DNA of 63,938 nucleotides, counting the filler, from Sphacelaria rigidula (lineage: Eukaryota): NCBI GenBank assembly GCA_964200075.2. It is 11 parts of 11 records of this genome, joined end to end, with 100 filler letters (N's around TTAATTAATTAA, not from the genome) between each part and the next. Parts side by side here need not be neighbours in the genome. Positions count along the whole stretch, not along the records: positions 1 to 5,722 come from CAXNAA020024962.1; positions 5,823 to 11,544 come from CAXNAA020024963.1; positions 11,645 to 17,366 come from CAXNAA020024964.1; 8 more parts are not named here. One strand, written 5' to 3'. Under the pieces are notes generated by a model. It had not been told where the DNA came from. It saw only the letters and a list, made by a program, of their open reading frames with translations, and ran no database searches. Positions within the stretch are counted from its first letter, which is position 1, and the number at the start of each line of letters is the position of its first letter. Shown piece by piece: positions 1 to 12,233 of this stretch. The position numbers were made by a program, and so were the translations under genes.

Positions 1-1129
1 AACAGAGGTCCCACGACCTTTTCTTACACATAGACCCCAGCGCTGAGTAGGAGATTCAGCCCTTACGCAGTGTACGCAGTGTCGAACACAGCAGCAAGCC
101 GCATATTTTAAATGCATGGATGTGTGTTCTAAGACCGATCCGCACACACACAGCAACTACTATCGCCATGATCCATCGATCAGGGGTGTACCCCCCCTCC
201 TCAAGTAGGGTAACCGGGGGTCCCCCCCCCTTCCCCTCCAAATACCGCAGAATGATGTTTGGGCGACCTGGGAGGGATCCCGTCATTTCCCGATATGGCG
301 CTCCTCAGCCCAGCGTGCAGCTGCTTGACTCTTGGCGTTATCTATCGTCTCTCCGAGAAAAAGCAGTTTGCAACTTTTAGTCTATGGCATACCGGAGAGC
401 ACGTCCTGTACGTGTACTTGAAAACAGGCATGGAAGTGGCTGGGACTAGTGCGGGACGACCTAGCGGGAATTTGCCGGGAAACAGCTCGCGTCTCAGCGC
501 CGGCTTGCTGCGGGCTCTTGCAAATGTAGGGCGATGGCGATAACACGAACGCGATTTATGCTTTACCACAACTTTACGCTTCCGTGCAACGACACATCAC
601 CATACCCCGGGCGCGTGCGGCAGCCCTGCATTTTAGAGACACGGGCTCAGCCGATACCACTCCGGTTTCACCGCCGCAATCCAAGACCGCAACGTCACAA
701 ACACCGAATAAATCGAAATTGGAAGCACCCTGGGCACAGGGCAATCTATAGCGTACAGAAAGGGAGATGTAAAGGAACACGACAAAACAGAACACAACAA
801 AACAGGCAAGACAAGATGAAGGGGAAAGGAAAGGAGGAGAAGAATGCAGAGAAATGGACATACCATAATGACACGAGTCATTGCAACACAAGCGGGGTGG
901 GAGAGGGAGCGGTGTCGTCAGTTGGTCACGAATCTCGCCAAGCGTTCTGCCTCCTCCATCTTCGTCCCTTCTCTGGCAGTGGTACAGGGGTCCCCCCTCC
1001 CCCGTTTTCCGATTCTTTTTCTTTATCTTCCCGTCCCCCCTGCCGTTTCGGTCCGTCCACAACCTCGTCCTCCCTTGTCGTTTGTTTTCTTCACTATCCG
1101 TCCTCTCCAAACGGCGCTTCGTCGATACT

Positions 1130-2920
1130 TCCCGTTCTTGTCGGTGTCATGTCGCCATGAACAATTCCATCTCTTCCTCCACCTTGCCGTACCATTCGCC
1201 CTGTTCCTTGGCGCTCGTTTTCCATCTTCCCGTCTTCCTTTCCTTCCATATCAAGGAATCCAAGGCCCTCTTGTAGGCAATGCACTCACTCGCGCTCTTT
1301 TGCCCCCCTCTGGAACCCTTTACCCCGTCCACTGTTCCCGGCAAGACACGTTTTGGACGTCGGTCGTCTCCGCGCATGACGAATCCCACGAAAAGTAATC
1401 TCCGCTTGCGCACGGGGGCCTCGATAGCATCGGTGCAGCAGTCGGTGTTAAGAAGGGCCCCGGCGTAGAACAGGGGGCGGTTCGTGCGCATCCTCTTCTC
1501 CCACCCGATGCGGCGTTGAGATTGGTGTGGTGCTTCGACTTCAGGTCCCACGTTATGCACCCATACAGGAGGGTCTCAATAACTTCGGCTTGGAGCAGTC
1601 GTACCTTGAGCCGGAGGGGGGGTCCCGACCGTCGTACATCGATTGGTCATTCCGCCTGTATTATCCCCAAGCTCAGACAGACGGTTTGCCGCCTTCTCCT
1701 TGTCCATCTTTCCGCCCCTGCACGTAGTCCCTCCGAGGCACACAAACATAATCCTTTGCTTGTATATCTGGCCGCCGGCGTTGTCCCTGAATGGACACTC
1801 TTCCTTCCTTTTCGGTATCAAGCACATGATCTCTGCCTTCGGCTCCGACACCATCAGAACGAGCGAACCGGAAACGCACAATGATCGACATCATCTTCCC
1901 GAGGCTCTGCGGGGATCACTAAACGATGCTCGCGTCGTCGGCATACAGCATGCCCCACAGCGGTTCCGCGGTCTCTGCCACCTCCCTCGGTTCCCGTGCC
2001 CATCTCTCAATGTTCACCACGTACGCCGCCACCCCGTCGTCTTTGGTGAACTCGTTTAGTCACGCCACGAACATTGCAGCGAAGAAACTATTGAACAGCA
2101 GCGGTGCCAGGTTGCACCTCCTGTCAGAGCCCGTGGCCCACGTCGAACCAGTCGGAGAATTTCCCATCATCCATCGGCACACGCGCTCATATGCCGTCAT
2201 TGAACTGGCATATGATCGCTAGCATCCTGGGGGGCAAGCCGAATCGCTTGAGCATGGCCCACAGCAGCTCTCGGTCGACGTAGTCGTATGCCTTGGAGAG
2301 ATCGATGAAGCACGCGCAGAGCGGGGTGCTCTTTTTGCACACCGGCTCGTGGAGTCGCCGGACCACAAACATATTGTCGTCGATCGAGCGGACTTGACGA
2401 AAGTCGCTATGCTCCGCCGGGAGGATGCCCTCGCGCCAGCCGTATTTGCTCAAGCATGTGACGGCGAGCTTGCGTAGCACTTTGCCGGCTTGCGCCACGA
2501 TGGAGATGCCCTGGTAGTTTCCATCCTCCGTCGTGTCGTTCTTCTTGAACAGCACCTTAGTGGTGGCGTCGTTTCACTACTGCGGTAGCTCTCCTTTCCG
2601 CCACATGATGAGTTCGTGAAATTGCCGGAGGAGGTGTTGGTCTCCATCGAGGAATAGTTTGATGAGCTCCGCCGAAAGCTCGTCTGATCCTGCTGCTTCC
2701 CTGTTGGCCAATTTCTGTATCGCTTCCTCGACCTTGAACCTGGACAGTATCTCGTCGAGTTGCGCACACTTTGGCCGCTACTTGACCTGTTCGGTTATCC
2801 GCGGATTGAAGGTGGGCGACCTCGTCAGCGAATGTGCGGACGTTGACGGTACTCACGATCAGCTCGCTCACGCCTGCCGTTGCCCTGGTATTCGCTCGTC
2901 TCTTTCGATCCGCCACACGC
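1130..2920 (-). mobile_element. Decayed RTE-like non-LTR retrotransposon (RT pseudogene, internally deleted)
   Basis: Minus-strand frames give GNYQGISIV, CFIDLSKAYDYVDRELLW, CNLAPLLFN, GMLYADDASIV (YADD at 1934-1945), LMVSEPKAEIMCL and RKRRLLFVGFVMR, with many stops and frameshifts. An APE-like N-terminal motif STVNVRTF lies at about 2830-2853. Confidence 0.9.
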
Positions 2921-4342
2921 TGGGGTCGATTTTTCCGTCTCTTCTTTCAAGCCGCTGTTTCCCTTCTTTCTATCCATCTCAGCCTGGCGCGATTCATGCC
3001 TTTGCTCGAAAGGACGAGGTATAGCACTCCCCACCCACACCGGTATCCACCTCCTCCCTGTCGGCGCTGGTGCTCACTAGCGTGGAGTTTCCTCATCCCT
3101 CTACTCCTCACGGCACGGGTGCCCCGACATCCACGGCGGTGGTTTGGCGCAGCTGCCGCTAGCAGCTCTGCCGTCGGGACCGAAAGGTCCGCTGCACCAT
3201 GCGTCACACACTCCGTCTGTACCGCTTCGCCAGCACACTGAATCGTCAGTGTACTTGCAGGCTGCGCCTCTACGCCACCCCTCCTACTCTGAGGTGATCT
3301 GATACGCCCGCTAGGAGTGTTTCAGGGTAGCTTGAAAGCCAGGACACCAACAATTAAGAGTACTAATACTAGTACTACAGCGCTCAAACATTTGAGTAGC
3401 TCAGAGTACCCAGGGAATCGGTTTCCGAAAATACCAAAGTGTTTCAGGGTAAAAAGGGTGTCGGTAGCCGGTTTATAAAGAAAATTCCTGGGTAGTTGGG
3501 ATATAGATAACCCAGAACAGCTCTTTTCCGTACCCTCACCTAACCCCTGCACCATTTCAAGATCTTTTTTGTCCCCAAATCTTGGTGTGATTATTAGTAA
3601 GCCATACTGGTTCAAGCTGGAAAGGTGTAGGGCCAATTCCGACAAGCCCTCCAAGGTACGGCAAAAAAAGCAACCTCAAGCCCCCACAACGTGTGCAAAG
3701 CATGTATGATCAATCCGCGGAATTCGTGGGCAAAGTCCCCAGCCACCAACTCGACAGCCCAGAAAAATAGGCCATCAAACCACAGCCGAAAAATTGAAGT
3801 AGCGTGCATCAACTAACCACAAACTACGCAAGCGCACACACCAACACTATCACCAAGACATAGACAGCCGTCTCCAACCCGCAATCCCCAGAACGCGAAA
3901 ATGCCACTGGGCACCGAGCGCGTGGCATGTCTATAAAGTGCGTGATACAGTACACATGATACAGTGCACACGATACACATGATACACATGACGGACGTGA
4001 AAACCAACAAACGAAGCCACTCTTGCTGCTGACGGAAGTAGTGACGCTCTGTCGATAAAACCAATGACATGCCCGTCGAAACAAATGCCGATCTTTTCCT
4101 TTCATTACTTGCTCATTCACCACTGCAGCACTTGTTGCAACTTCACCACACCAAGCCAGCTGCTAACGGTATGTGCGCACAGCGAGTGCTCGTCCGTGTC
4201 GTAGGCAAGATCATTCGGCCAGTCCAACAATACATACTGTATATAACATATGATCCCGAGTTCCTGTCGTCATTTTCCGGACAGCTTCCCATACGTTCTG
4301 ACCAACCTCAAGAAAAAAATAGCAAACATTAAACATTGTTAG

Positions 4343-4430
4343 TTGATTTGATTGGATTGGTTGGTTCATTGATGGTCGCACGTTAGCTGATATTAGCTGA
4401 TCCCCTAGGGGTGCAGCCGTGGTCACAGGA
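4343..4430 (-). repeat. Retroposon 3'-end motif (GACCACGG...ATCAGCT...GTG) with (CAAT)n-like tail
   Basis: The reverse complement matches the motif at 41160-41233, 43800-43860 and 49066-49205. Confidence 0.65.
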
Positions 4431-4956
4431 CTGTACAGTTGCGTAACTGCGTCACTTGAAGTATTCAAAGAGCAACTGCCTCTGCAACCAGTGACGATCC
4501 CGTGTCACATATTCACCATTGAAGACCACGGGTCACACGGTGTGTTGTCGCATGAGGATTGCATTTTTATTGTCAGCGTCACCTCGTGTGCACCGGCGAG
4601 AGGGGCGGATACATACGATGAATAAGTCATGTCAACTGTGGGTTCACGGCGAGATATGAAATCGGAGGAGCAGACACGCGGGCGGCAACATTATCGCGCC
4701 CTACTTCTTTCGTGGCAGATGCGATGCCAAGCTGGCTGGGCGCCGGTTAGGGGAAATGCACCGTGCCACGTCTATTACTCGCTCCTGCACGTTCTGGCTT
4801 ACCTTTGGGGGAACAGGAATGTGCCAATTGTACACAGTTATTGCTCCTCCGGGCACCCTTACCCGTGAATAGTTTCGGAGCAGAGTGCTCTTCACTTGTC
4901 TAGATTGCCTTCTGGTACTCGGTGATTTTTCAAGTGCTTTGGCTGCAGATTTGACT

Positions 4957-5167
4957 GTGTTGTGTGCTGTCATCCCATCTATCCTGAACACCAGTCTACA
5001 CCTTTCGGTATATGTGGGCGCATTAGCCACAGTCACACATGAAGAAGGCCAGCACAGGAATATTTTTTTGTCTTTTCTTTTGTTTCAGTTCTCCACCTTC
5101 ATTCTGTTGAGCAGGGTGTGAGAAAAGAACCCAGATCGTGTGACTGTACCGAGATTCGAACTCACGA
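4957..5167 (-). mobile_element. tRNA-derived SINE copy, internally deleted
   Basis: The reverse complement has B box GAGTTCGAATC, the core CGATCTGGGTTCTTTTCTCACACCCTGCTCAACAG and the 3' tail of the full-length copy at 42471-42839. Confidence 0.75.
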
Positions 5168-5664
5168 CAGCTTTATCAAATTCTGGGCATGAAAAGGAAC
5201 AGCGTGTGCGCGGTCATACAACATACTACCGGTGTAGGCGTGGCTGCCAACTAGCAACAGACAAGTACGACGAAGGGAGACAAATATCAAACCCACCTGC
5301 TAAATGGAAGTACTGGGTGGATTAGCCTAACTCTGCCAACGATAGACCGGGTCATCGTCCAACGCTTTTGCCTCGCATGCGACAAAATATACTAGCCGGT
5401 GAACCCGTGTTGTCGCACGGTCGAGCGGGTGCGAGGGCAGGCACGGCGTGTACATACACCCCGACTTGCTCAAGCGGCACCAACAAAGCTGGTATAGTAG
5501 TCGTAGCAAGAGGGATAGCGGGTCTTCACACACCTCAGCATCAGGTGTGGAAAAAATTGGCATTTCAATACTCTATCCTTGGCGTCATTGTCCATGTCCT
5601 CGAATAACGAATCTCGAGGAATACAAGGTTTTCTCCTACTCTTACCCCCTCCCCCACTTTTACT

Positions 5665-5722
5665 ACAGACACAGATAGACAAGGCGCTAGAATACACTAG
5701 GAAATGTAGAGTGACAGCTAAC
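5665..5722 (+). mobile_element. Short fragment of the contig-10 LINE family at the contig end
   Basis: CAGATAGACAAGGCGCTAGAATACACTAGGAAATGTAGAGTGACAGCTAAC closely matches the reverse complement of about 55287-55340 (QIDKAxEYTRKxRVTAN). Confidence 0.8.
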
Positions 5723-5822
5723 NNNNNNNNNNNNNNNNNNNNNNNNNNNNNNNNNNNNNNNNNNNNTTAATTAATTAANNNNNNNNNNNNNNNNNNNNNN
5801 NNNNNNNNNNNNNNNNNNNNNN
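5723..5822. other. Artificial contig spacer N44-TTAATTAATTAA-N44 (first of 10)
   Basis: Identical 100-bp spacers at 5723, 11545, 17367, 23189, 29011, 34833, 40655, 46476, 52297 and 58118. TTAATTAATTAA gives stops in all six frames. The intervening contigs are 5722 or 5721 bp. Confidence 0.99.
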
Positions 5823-6072
5823 TGCATTAGACAGTAGGGAGAAAACGATGGTTATGCTAGGAGATAGATGGTGGCCAGAGACGGCGAAACAGGACAGGAA
5901 TGAGATATGTAAAAGGTTTTTGTGCAATGTATGGAAGGAACGTAATGATCTATGGAAGAAACGTAATGAGAGCCGGAATGTTGGAGGTGTCTCTATTAGG
6001 AGTAGGAACGGTGCTCCGTTTCGAAATGAATGCGTGGCCAATGGTCAAACAACTAAGGTAAGCAACAAATGA
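5823..6072 (+). mobile_element. Probable C-terminal end of a LINE ORF2
   Basis: Open frame from the contig start: LGDRWWPETAKQ...FLCNVWKERN...*. The xWxxRN motif is typical of non-LTR ORF2 C-termini. A small tandem duplication (ATGGAAGRAACGTAATGA x2) is present. Confidence 0.55.
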
Positions 6073-6933
6073 GTACGCCCTCCCCCTCCATTGGGCGTGG
6101 TGATCATTTTGGCGCCCGTCACCTTCTGTTCCTAGAACCCGACGTCTTGGCAGTCCTACCAGTCTCTTGAGAATGGCCGTAGTGTGGATGGCCACTGTGG
6201 GCGGGGTGGGCGCTACATCGAAATCTTCGTTATGAGTTTCGACCTAAAGGATTGCAGCAGCCTAATATGATCGTGAAGGCGGGACTGGGAAGCGTGTACT
6301 GAGGGGTACATTGCCTACATGCTCGAATATCCAAAGCGACCGAGGTCGCTCTCTCTCCCTCGGCAACTACCAACCCCACGAGCTCCCCCTTGGTTAGCAG
6401 GCTTTTGCATAGGGAACACGCTCACCACTGCGGGTCCATTTCCATTGCTATCAATAGTGTGTGTCACCTTGTATTCATCCTGCTCAGTTGGCTATGAGGG
6501 GTGGGGGTTACTGTCCGCAAACTCGAGGCAGCAAATCAAAACAACACCCAACTATACCCGCATGCGCTGCCTACAGCACGTACAAACCCCTCAAAGTACA
6601 CCACACCGCTCAGCTGCCGCTCAGCTGTTCAGCAACAGCTGTGTGCGTTGGCCAATGGATATACTACTGTCGACGCGATTACAACTCCTGGACTGTAACG
6701 TTTGGAATTCACTCAATCGTTTGAAACTCACGGTCATGAGACGGCAATCCCGCTTACCCCGCCTTATGCACGAAAACTTCTCTGAGAAACGTACGCCAAC
6801 GGCTATTTCTTTGTAATGTTGTCCTCCCCCTCTCAAACAACTATTCCAAGTCCCCGGCGAAAGAGAAAATAACAGCCTACTTGCGCATTGGGTGCCCAAA
6901 GGCCGAAGAGGCCACCCACAACTATTGTAGTGT

Positions 6934-7920
6934 TTGCTTGAAGTGCCAACACGGCAGCGTTCTTCGCTGTCTCAGGAAGTCGAACATGCGGCTAGTCGGC
7001 GCCGGCTCCAATGGCCTGTCGTTCAAACCTCCTCATGCTCAATGTTCGCCACCCTGTGCCAAACCGATTGTGCGCAGAGGGTTCAAGCACTCAAGAAAGG
7101 GGTGGAAGTGCCCGGTGGCAACCGCGCGGAGGAAGCGTCGCCCACACCACGGTTGGAAACGATGACCGGAAGGGTTTACCAGGCCGTTCAAGAGCTCGGC
7201 CCGGAGCTTCCATGTCCTCCTTCTCCCCTCCAGTACGTCGACAGGCTAGTGGTCGAAGAGCATAAGCGGAACCAGACCGAGGTGGCAGCAGCAGAACAGG
7301 GGGGGCAGGAGGTGGGAGCAGCATCAGCGATGGTATCGGTAGAGGCTACGGGTGATGGCGGGAGTGGGGGCGGTAGTACATGCGCGGGCAAGGGCAAGAG
7401 GAATGGGGAGACGCAAGGGAACACCAGGGAACAGCACCCCCGGAGTGGTGGGAGTAGCAGCGGCCGCAGTAGAAGAAGCAGGGTGGAGCCACCATCAGCG
7501 GCGAGGGGGGCGGACACCGGCTGTGCCTCTGATGGCTCGGCGCAAGGTCGATTAGATGAGGCAGTCAACCACGTGGGAGTGGACCAAAACACGAGTGCAG
7601 GTCAGGGAGAATCGGGGACCACTGGACGAAATGCGAGGCGCCGCGTTCAGGCTGTCCGGAGGACATATGGAGGAAGCACTATAGGGGCGTCTGCGGGTGG
7701 TGGCAGCGGGAACGATACTGCGGCTAGCACGCGGCAGGGAGGAGGGACCGGGCCACGAGGAGAACGCACGGGGGGTGCACAGCCGCAGGTGGTGGGAGAA
7801 GAAAGGGAGGGTAGAGATGAAGCGTTGTCAAAAAGCTTGCCATTAGAAGCTTTCACGGCAACCTGTGTTTTTAAAGAACGCTCTTGCATGTTTCGGATGT
7901 TCCATACTCGATTTGTCTGA
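6934..7920 (+). pseudogene. Intronless 328-aa ORF with a Gly/Ser/Arg-rich centre; unknown product, possibly the N-terminal part of a retroelement ORF
   Basis: Longest ORF in the window. The same frame continues upstream through a stop (...LLAHWVPKGRRGHPQLL*), it begins at TTG, and it has no recognisable domain. Confidence 0.35.
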
Positions 7921-8330
7921 CGAGGGGCAAGTTTGCTCGTGGTGTCGTTCGAGGCAGCGAGTTTGGTCGCTCATGTGCGAAGGCCATAATGCTGTACGAG
8001 GATCATGGATTCCACGTACACTGATCATTTTCACCCCGTTCGAATCTACGCGATGTAGGTACGAAGTTTTGTGTGTGTCGAGTCGGTACCGCCATGGTCT
8101 GACTCGTGCTTCGACGCTGTGAACCACATGCTTGACTGCTTGACCTTTATGTTGCTGTGCCAGCGATCTCACCACAGGATGAAAAAATGAAATGTGTTGC
8201 GTTTGTCTGTACGGTTTGTGTTCTACAGCGACTTTGGTTGTTTTGTCGGGAACGATTCACTGGGGGCTCAAAGTACTGGTTTTCCTTGATATCTCTGACC
8301 CGGATCGTGTATATTCCTTGTTCGCCCTAG

Positions 8331-10901
8331 CACAATCACCAGGCTACGCATGCGAGGCCAGCCAAGAGAGCATTGGAGGCTGGAGGTGGGACCCAGAATT
8401 CCTCCGCGGGATGGCAGGAGGTACGACATTTCCACACCTGTTGGTTCCGTGGTGTGTTACAAGATGTATCATATTCAATGTACAGCATACGTTGAAAAGC
8501 GGTTCGAGTGTAGCCACGGAAGAAGCGGGTAGCAGCAGGAGGCGCTCTATCGCGTCCCCTCGCAGTGCGATCATGCATGACCGTAAGATCGACGCGGCCC
8601 AGGTTGAGAAACCCGTCCCATAAAACGGCTTGAAACAAGGCGGTATCGCAGCGTTTCGAGGTTGTGGCGATGGGTCTTTGCCGTGCTGCTGTTCTCGCTC
8701 AGCGTTGCAGCTACACTACAGTACAGTGTGTCCCGTGCTGCGTTGTAGCTTTCATTCTACCGTGAACTTAGATGAGAGGATGGTGCTCAATATCTGAGTA
8801 GGGAACTTGTTTTTCGCACTGAATATGTTGTCCTCAAGGTTTCGCTTTTGACTGCAGGTTTGGACACCAACCAGCTCGCCACAGTCGTTGGAGAGTGGCC
8901 GTATAGCCAAACGACGGCTGCCATGTAGACCGTTGAGAGTGGTTCAGTACCACAGTTGGTTGATGCTCCGAATTGTGATGACAGAGAGTCTCCTTGTAGA
9001 TTTGTCCCTAGTTTGCTTTGTCGCTCTCTGCGCGAACGCTTGAGCCACGATTACGGTGAATTTACGGTAGGGGCAACACCATTACAGGAATAACAGCGCT
9101 GTCCTGTGCCGTAATATTTTTCGCCGAGGCCCCAGAGACGAGGTGCTTATGCCCACGCAGGCACACTCGGAAATTAGACCCATCGCAGCGGCAAGATATG
9201 TCGGTTACATTATCCCGGCTGTTTGAAATCTCGCACGCTAGGCCACGCATGAACGGACGAGCAGTAGCGAAGGAAGCACCATGATCCAATGTGCGAAACA
9301 AGCGTTCGCCCTGCTTGCGCTTTTGTTTGCGTTTTTGCCGCCTCTACTTCCCGTTCAAGCGCCATCACTGGCAGCAACAACCCGCCTCAAGTGCTAGTTC
9401 CCCCACGGGTTGACTTTTGGCTTCGACAACCATCAAATCGTTTATCGGCTTCTCGTTCGTTCTCCGTTCAACTCTTTCGACCCGTCGGATTCACTTGGCT
9501 CCCCCTTTTTGCTGCAGGGTGACGGAAGAGTAAATAAGAAAGGCAAGGGAATACCGGCGGCAGGTAGGAAGCAAGTGCCGCCAGCAGCGGTGGGCAAGGA
9601 CGGCGGTGGCGGGTCGGGGTCAGCAGAAGTGTCCGCGGTCAGGGGCAAGCGTGGCCGAACCGGAGACGGAGATGCTGGAGGTATTAGTGTGGGCGCTCCC
9701 ACGAAAATGTCCAGAGGGGAGTCCGGCAAGGCGGGGGCGAAGGTGAGGGCGTATCGAGCGCGGTAATCACACGTTTTACTAGTTGCAGCCAGGCGGTAGT
9801 CCGTTTAGAAACAGTTACGTGCCAGGCATTCATTTGTTTTCGTCTTGGTTTAATCAGCTAATCAAATATTATGCGGAAATCAAATCTAGGTCGATATCCG
9901 CTCATGTCAGGTACCGCATGAACAGCAGGTTGACTATTGTTGACGAAGCCTGCTTGGTTTTGACGCGATTTTGACGCGCTGTCAAGCCATCTGATTGCAT
10001 TATCGGCTCTCTTCTCTTCAAGTGAGGACTCATGAACAGGGTGTGCTGGGCTGAGAGCCGCGATTGATGCCGAGTACGCAGCTCGTTCTGGTGTGGCGCA
10101 CCCTCATGATAAGTGACTTGACATTGGGGTGAAGAATAATCAGCTTGACTCTGGAGTGGAGTCATTCCTAGTTAGTATTGAGTGGCGCCGAGCAATGATG
10201 ATGTTATTTCAGCATGAATGTCTCGCATACGCTGGCTGCACGGTTGTTCCTCTAACATGATAGAACAGCAGTTCTACGTTGAATATCACCCGTGGTTGTC
10301 CGCCTTGGGTGGCCATGCATACATGAGCTTTATTGCAAACCAAGCGCAAACATAGATGTGAACATATGCAATTATCGGCGATTCATGTAGACGCAGCCGT
10401 AGAAGCTCTTTATTGGAACACGAGGTGGGAAGCGCGGGACGTATATCACGGGTTTGTGCAACATGGAGAAATGGTATCGGCAGCCGTCGTGCGCGCGGCC
10501 ACGGGGGTTGTGCATAGAGACCAATCGTATTGAATACAAATTATGTATGTACGTACAGACATTGCAGACTGACGACGTCAACACGGTCCCACCGAGACCT
10601 TCACCTACAGCTTGAAAATATGCGGTTGCAGTCTTTAGAGCATGAATGCCCAATGTGTAAATGATAGCAAGGAGAACATCAATACCTTGGGAGCGACGAG
10701 TCTCGAAACAGCATACCAGATCAATGTGTTGCCTCGTATTTGGAAACACCACCAACGCACAAGCTTCCTGCAGGCATCGCCTTATTTCGCTCGTCCATTT
10801 GCTACGCCCACAGACTCCCGCGGCATACGCCGAGGACGAGAGGGATAAGGGCGAGGGCGTTTGGGTCTCCCGCCTCCGCAGCCGACGTGGTGGCGACGGT
10901 G

Positions 10902-10933
<32 letters not shown>

Positions 10934-10981
10934 GGATCGGGATCCACCGCTGCCGCCGACGCATCCCCTCCCCCGTGCTAA
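8331..10981 (+). CDS. Candidate exons of an unknown low-complexity protein (8331-8420, 8486-8602, 9518-9742, 10814-10981)
   Basis: Each segment has an AG acceptor, the first three have GT donors, all junctions are phase 0 and the reading frame stays open. The last ends at TAA. No homology recognised. Confidence 0.3.
10890..10933 (+). repeat. (GGC)n trinucleotide repeat
   Basis: GGCGGCGGC run, read as poly-Gly in the candidate exon. Confidence 0.85.
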
Positions 10982-11919
10982 GGCACCGGGGGGGGGGGGG
11001 GACACCCCAAAACGGAGAAATTCGAGTATCTTGACGGCGACGGAGCGTACGGGAGGTCTGCACCAGGGAGAGGGTGTCTGGTTGTAGCGGGTATACGGCA
11101 TGGAGGTGAGACGATCTAGTGTGCTCATCAAATTGGTTTGGTAGGCGACATGGAGCTCTACAGGCAATGTGCCGACCTGAATTATCAGGCTAAGGCGGTG
11201 ATGATAGTAGACGGTGGGGTCATTTCGAAATGAAATGAGACAAGTAAGCAGAAATAGGCCACCGTCAAGGGGAATATAAGGCACATGGTGTCAAGGAAAG
11301 CGGCACCGGCGTAGCTTGTACGTGCCGCTAGAGTAGCTGTGCGCTCCTGTACGGTTTGTGTTCGCACTAGACCTTCTGGTACGGGCTAGGGTCAGAGCGG
11401 CTGGAGAGCCGTGTGTCTACACTCAAACCGCGCCGTTACTAAATACTGCACGGGACTGGGAAGACTCCCCAGGCACCGTAGGTAAGGTGCCGTACCGAGC
11501 GTACCCCCGGTATTTACCGGGGTATTCCATACCGTGGTATGCGTNNNNNNNNNNNNNNNNNNNNNNNNNNNNNNNNNNNNNNNNNNNNTTAATTAATTAA
11601 NNNNNNNNNNNNNNNNNNNNNNNNNNNNNNNNNNNNNNNNNNNNCCGACCTCGGTAAAAAAAAGGGCAACGTCAGTGGGGGGGGAGAGAGTTGATGGCTT
11701 GATTTCTCGAGACTACGGATATCCCCCCCCCCCCCCCCGCAGGGAAAGGAGTGAGAGTGCCGAAAGTTGAAGGCACGATAACTCCCCCGCCCCCGTCTTC
11801 CGAAAGACTTCAACAGTACGAGCGAGCCTTGGCCCCCACAATGCTCGACTCGTGAGCACGATTCTAGAACTTTGGATACCAACATGCACACACGCCTATA
11901 TCGTACGAGTACAGTATTG

Positions 11920-12081
11920 CAAGGGTGTGTTGGGTAGGATAAATACCCGGGTACTTACTCTCTCGAATCTTGTGTTGCAATTGCCTGATCTCTAAACTCT
12001 ACCCAATATACGCGTATTGTTGGGTATAATCTTCCAAAATATCCAAACGTAGTAGGAAATACCCTATCCAACACACCCTTG
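11920..12081. mobile_element. hAT-like MITE (162 bp) in a CCT4 intron
   Basis: TIRs CAAGGGTGTGTTGGGTAGG / CCTATCCAACACACCCTTG. Flanking 8-mers CAGTATTG and CAGTATGC (6/8) form a likely TSD. Confidence 0.8.
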
Positions 12082-12101
12082 CAGTATGCTATACAGGTCA
12101 C

Positions 12102-12233
12102 CTTTTTGCAGAGGCCAAGGATGTACTTCCGCTCTTCTCTCAAGATCCTGTCCATGGCGGCGTAGTCGGACACCACCACGTTGTTTTCCATGTCCGTCTT
12201 CGGGGCCGACAGGCAAAACTGGATAAGCCCGAT
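12102..12233 (-). CDS. CCT4: CCT4 (TCP-1 delta) internal exon, 5th visible
   Basis: cag|[44 protein letters not shown]|gtgacc, 132 nt, phase 0/0. This apical-domain motif is characteristic of subunit delta. Confidence 0.95.

Noticed and set aside
5665..6072. One LINE spanning the first spacer
   Set aside because: Both sides look like plus-strand LINE sequence, but contigs are ordered by size, so the adjacency is most likely coincidental.
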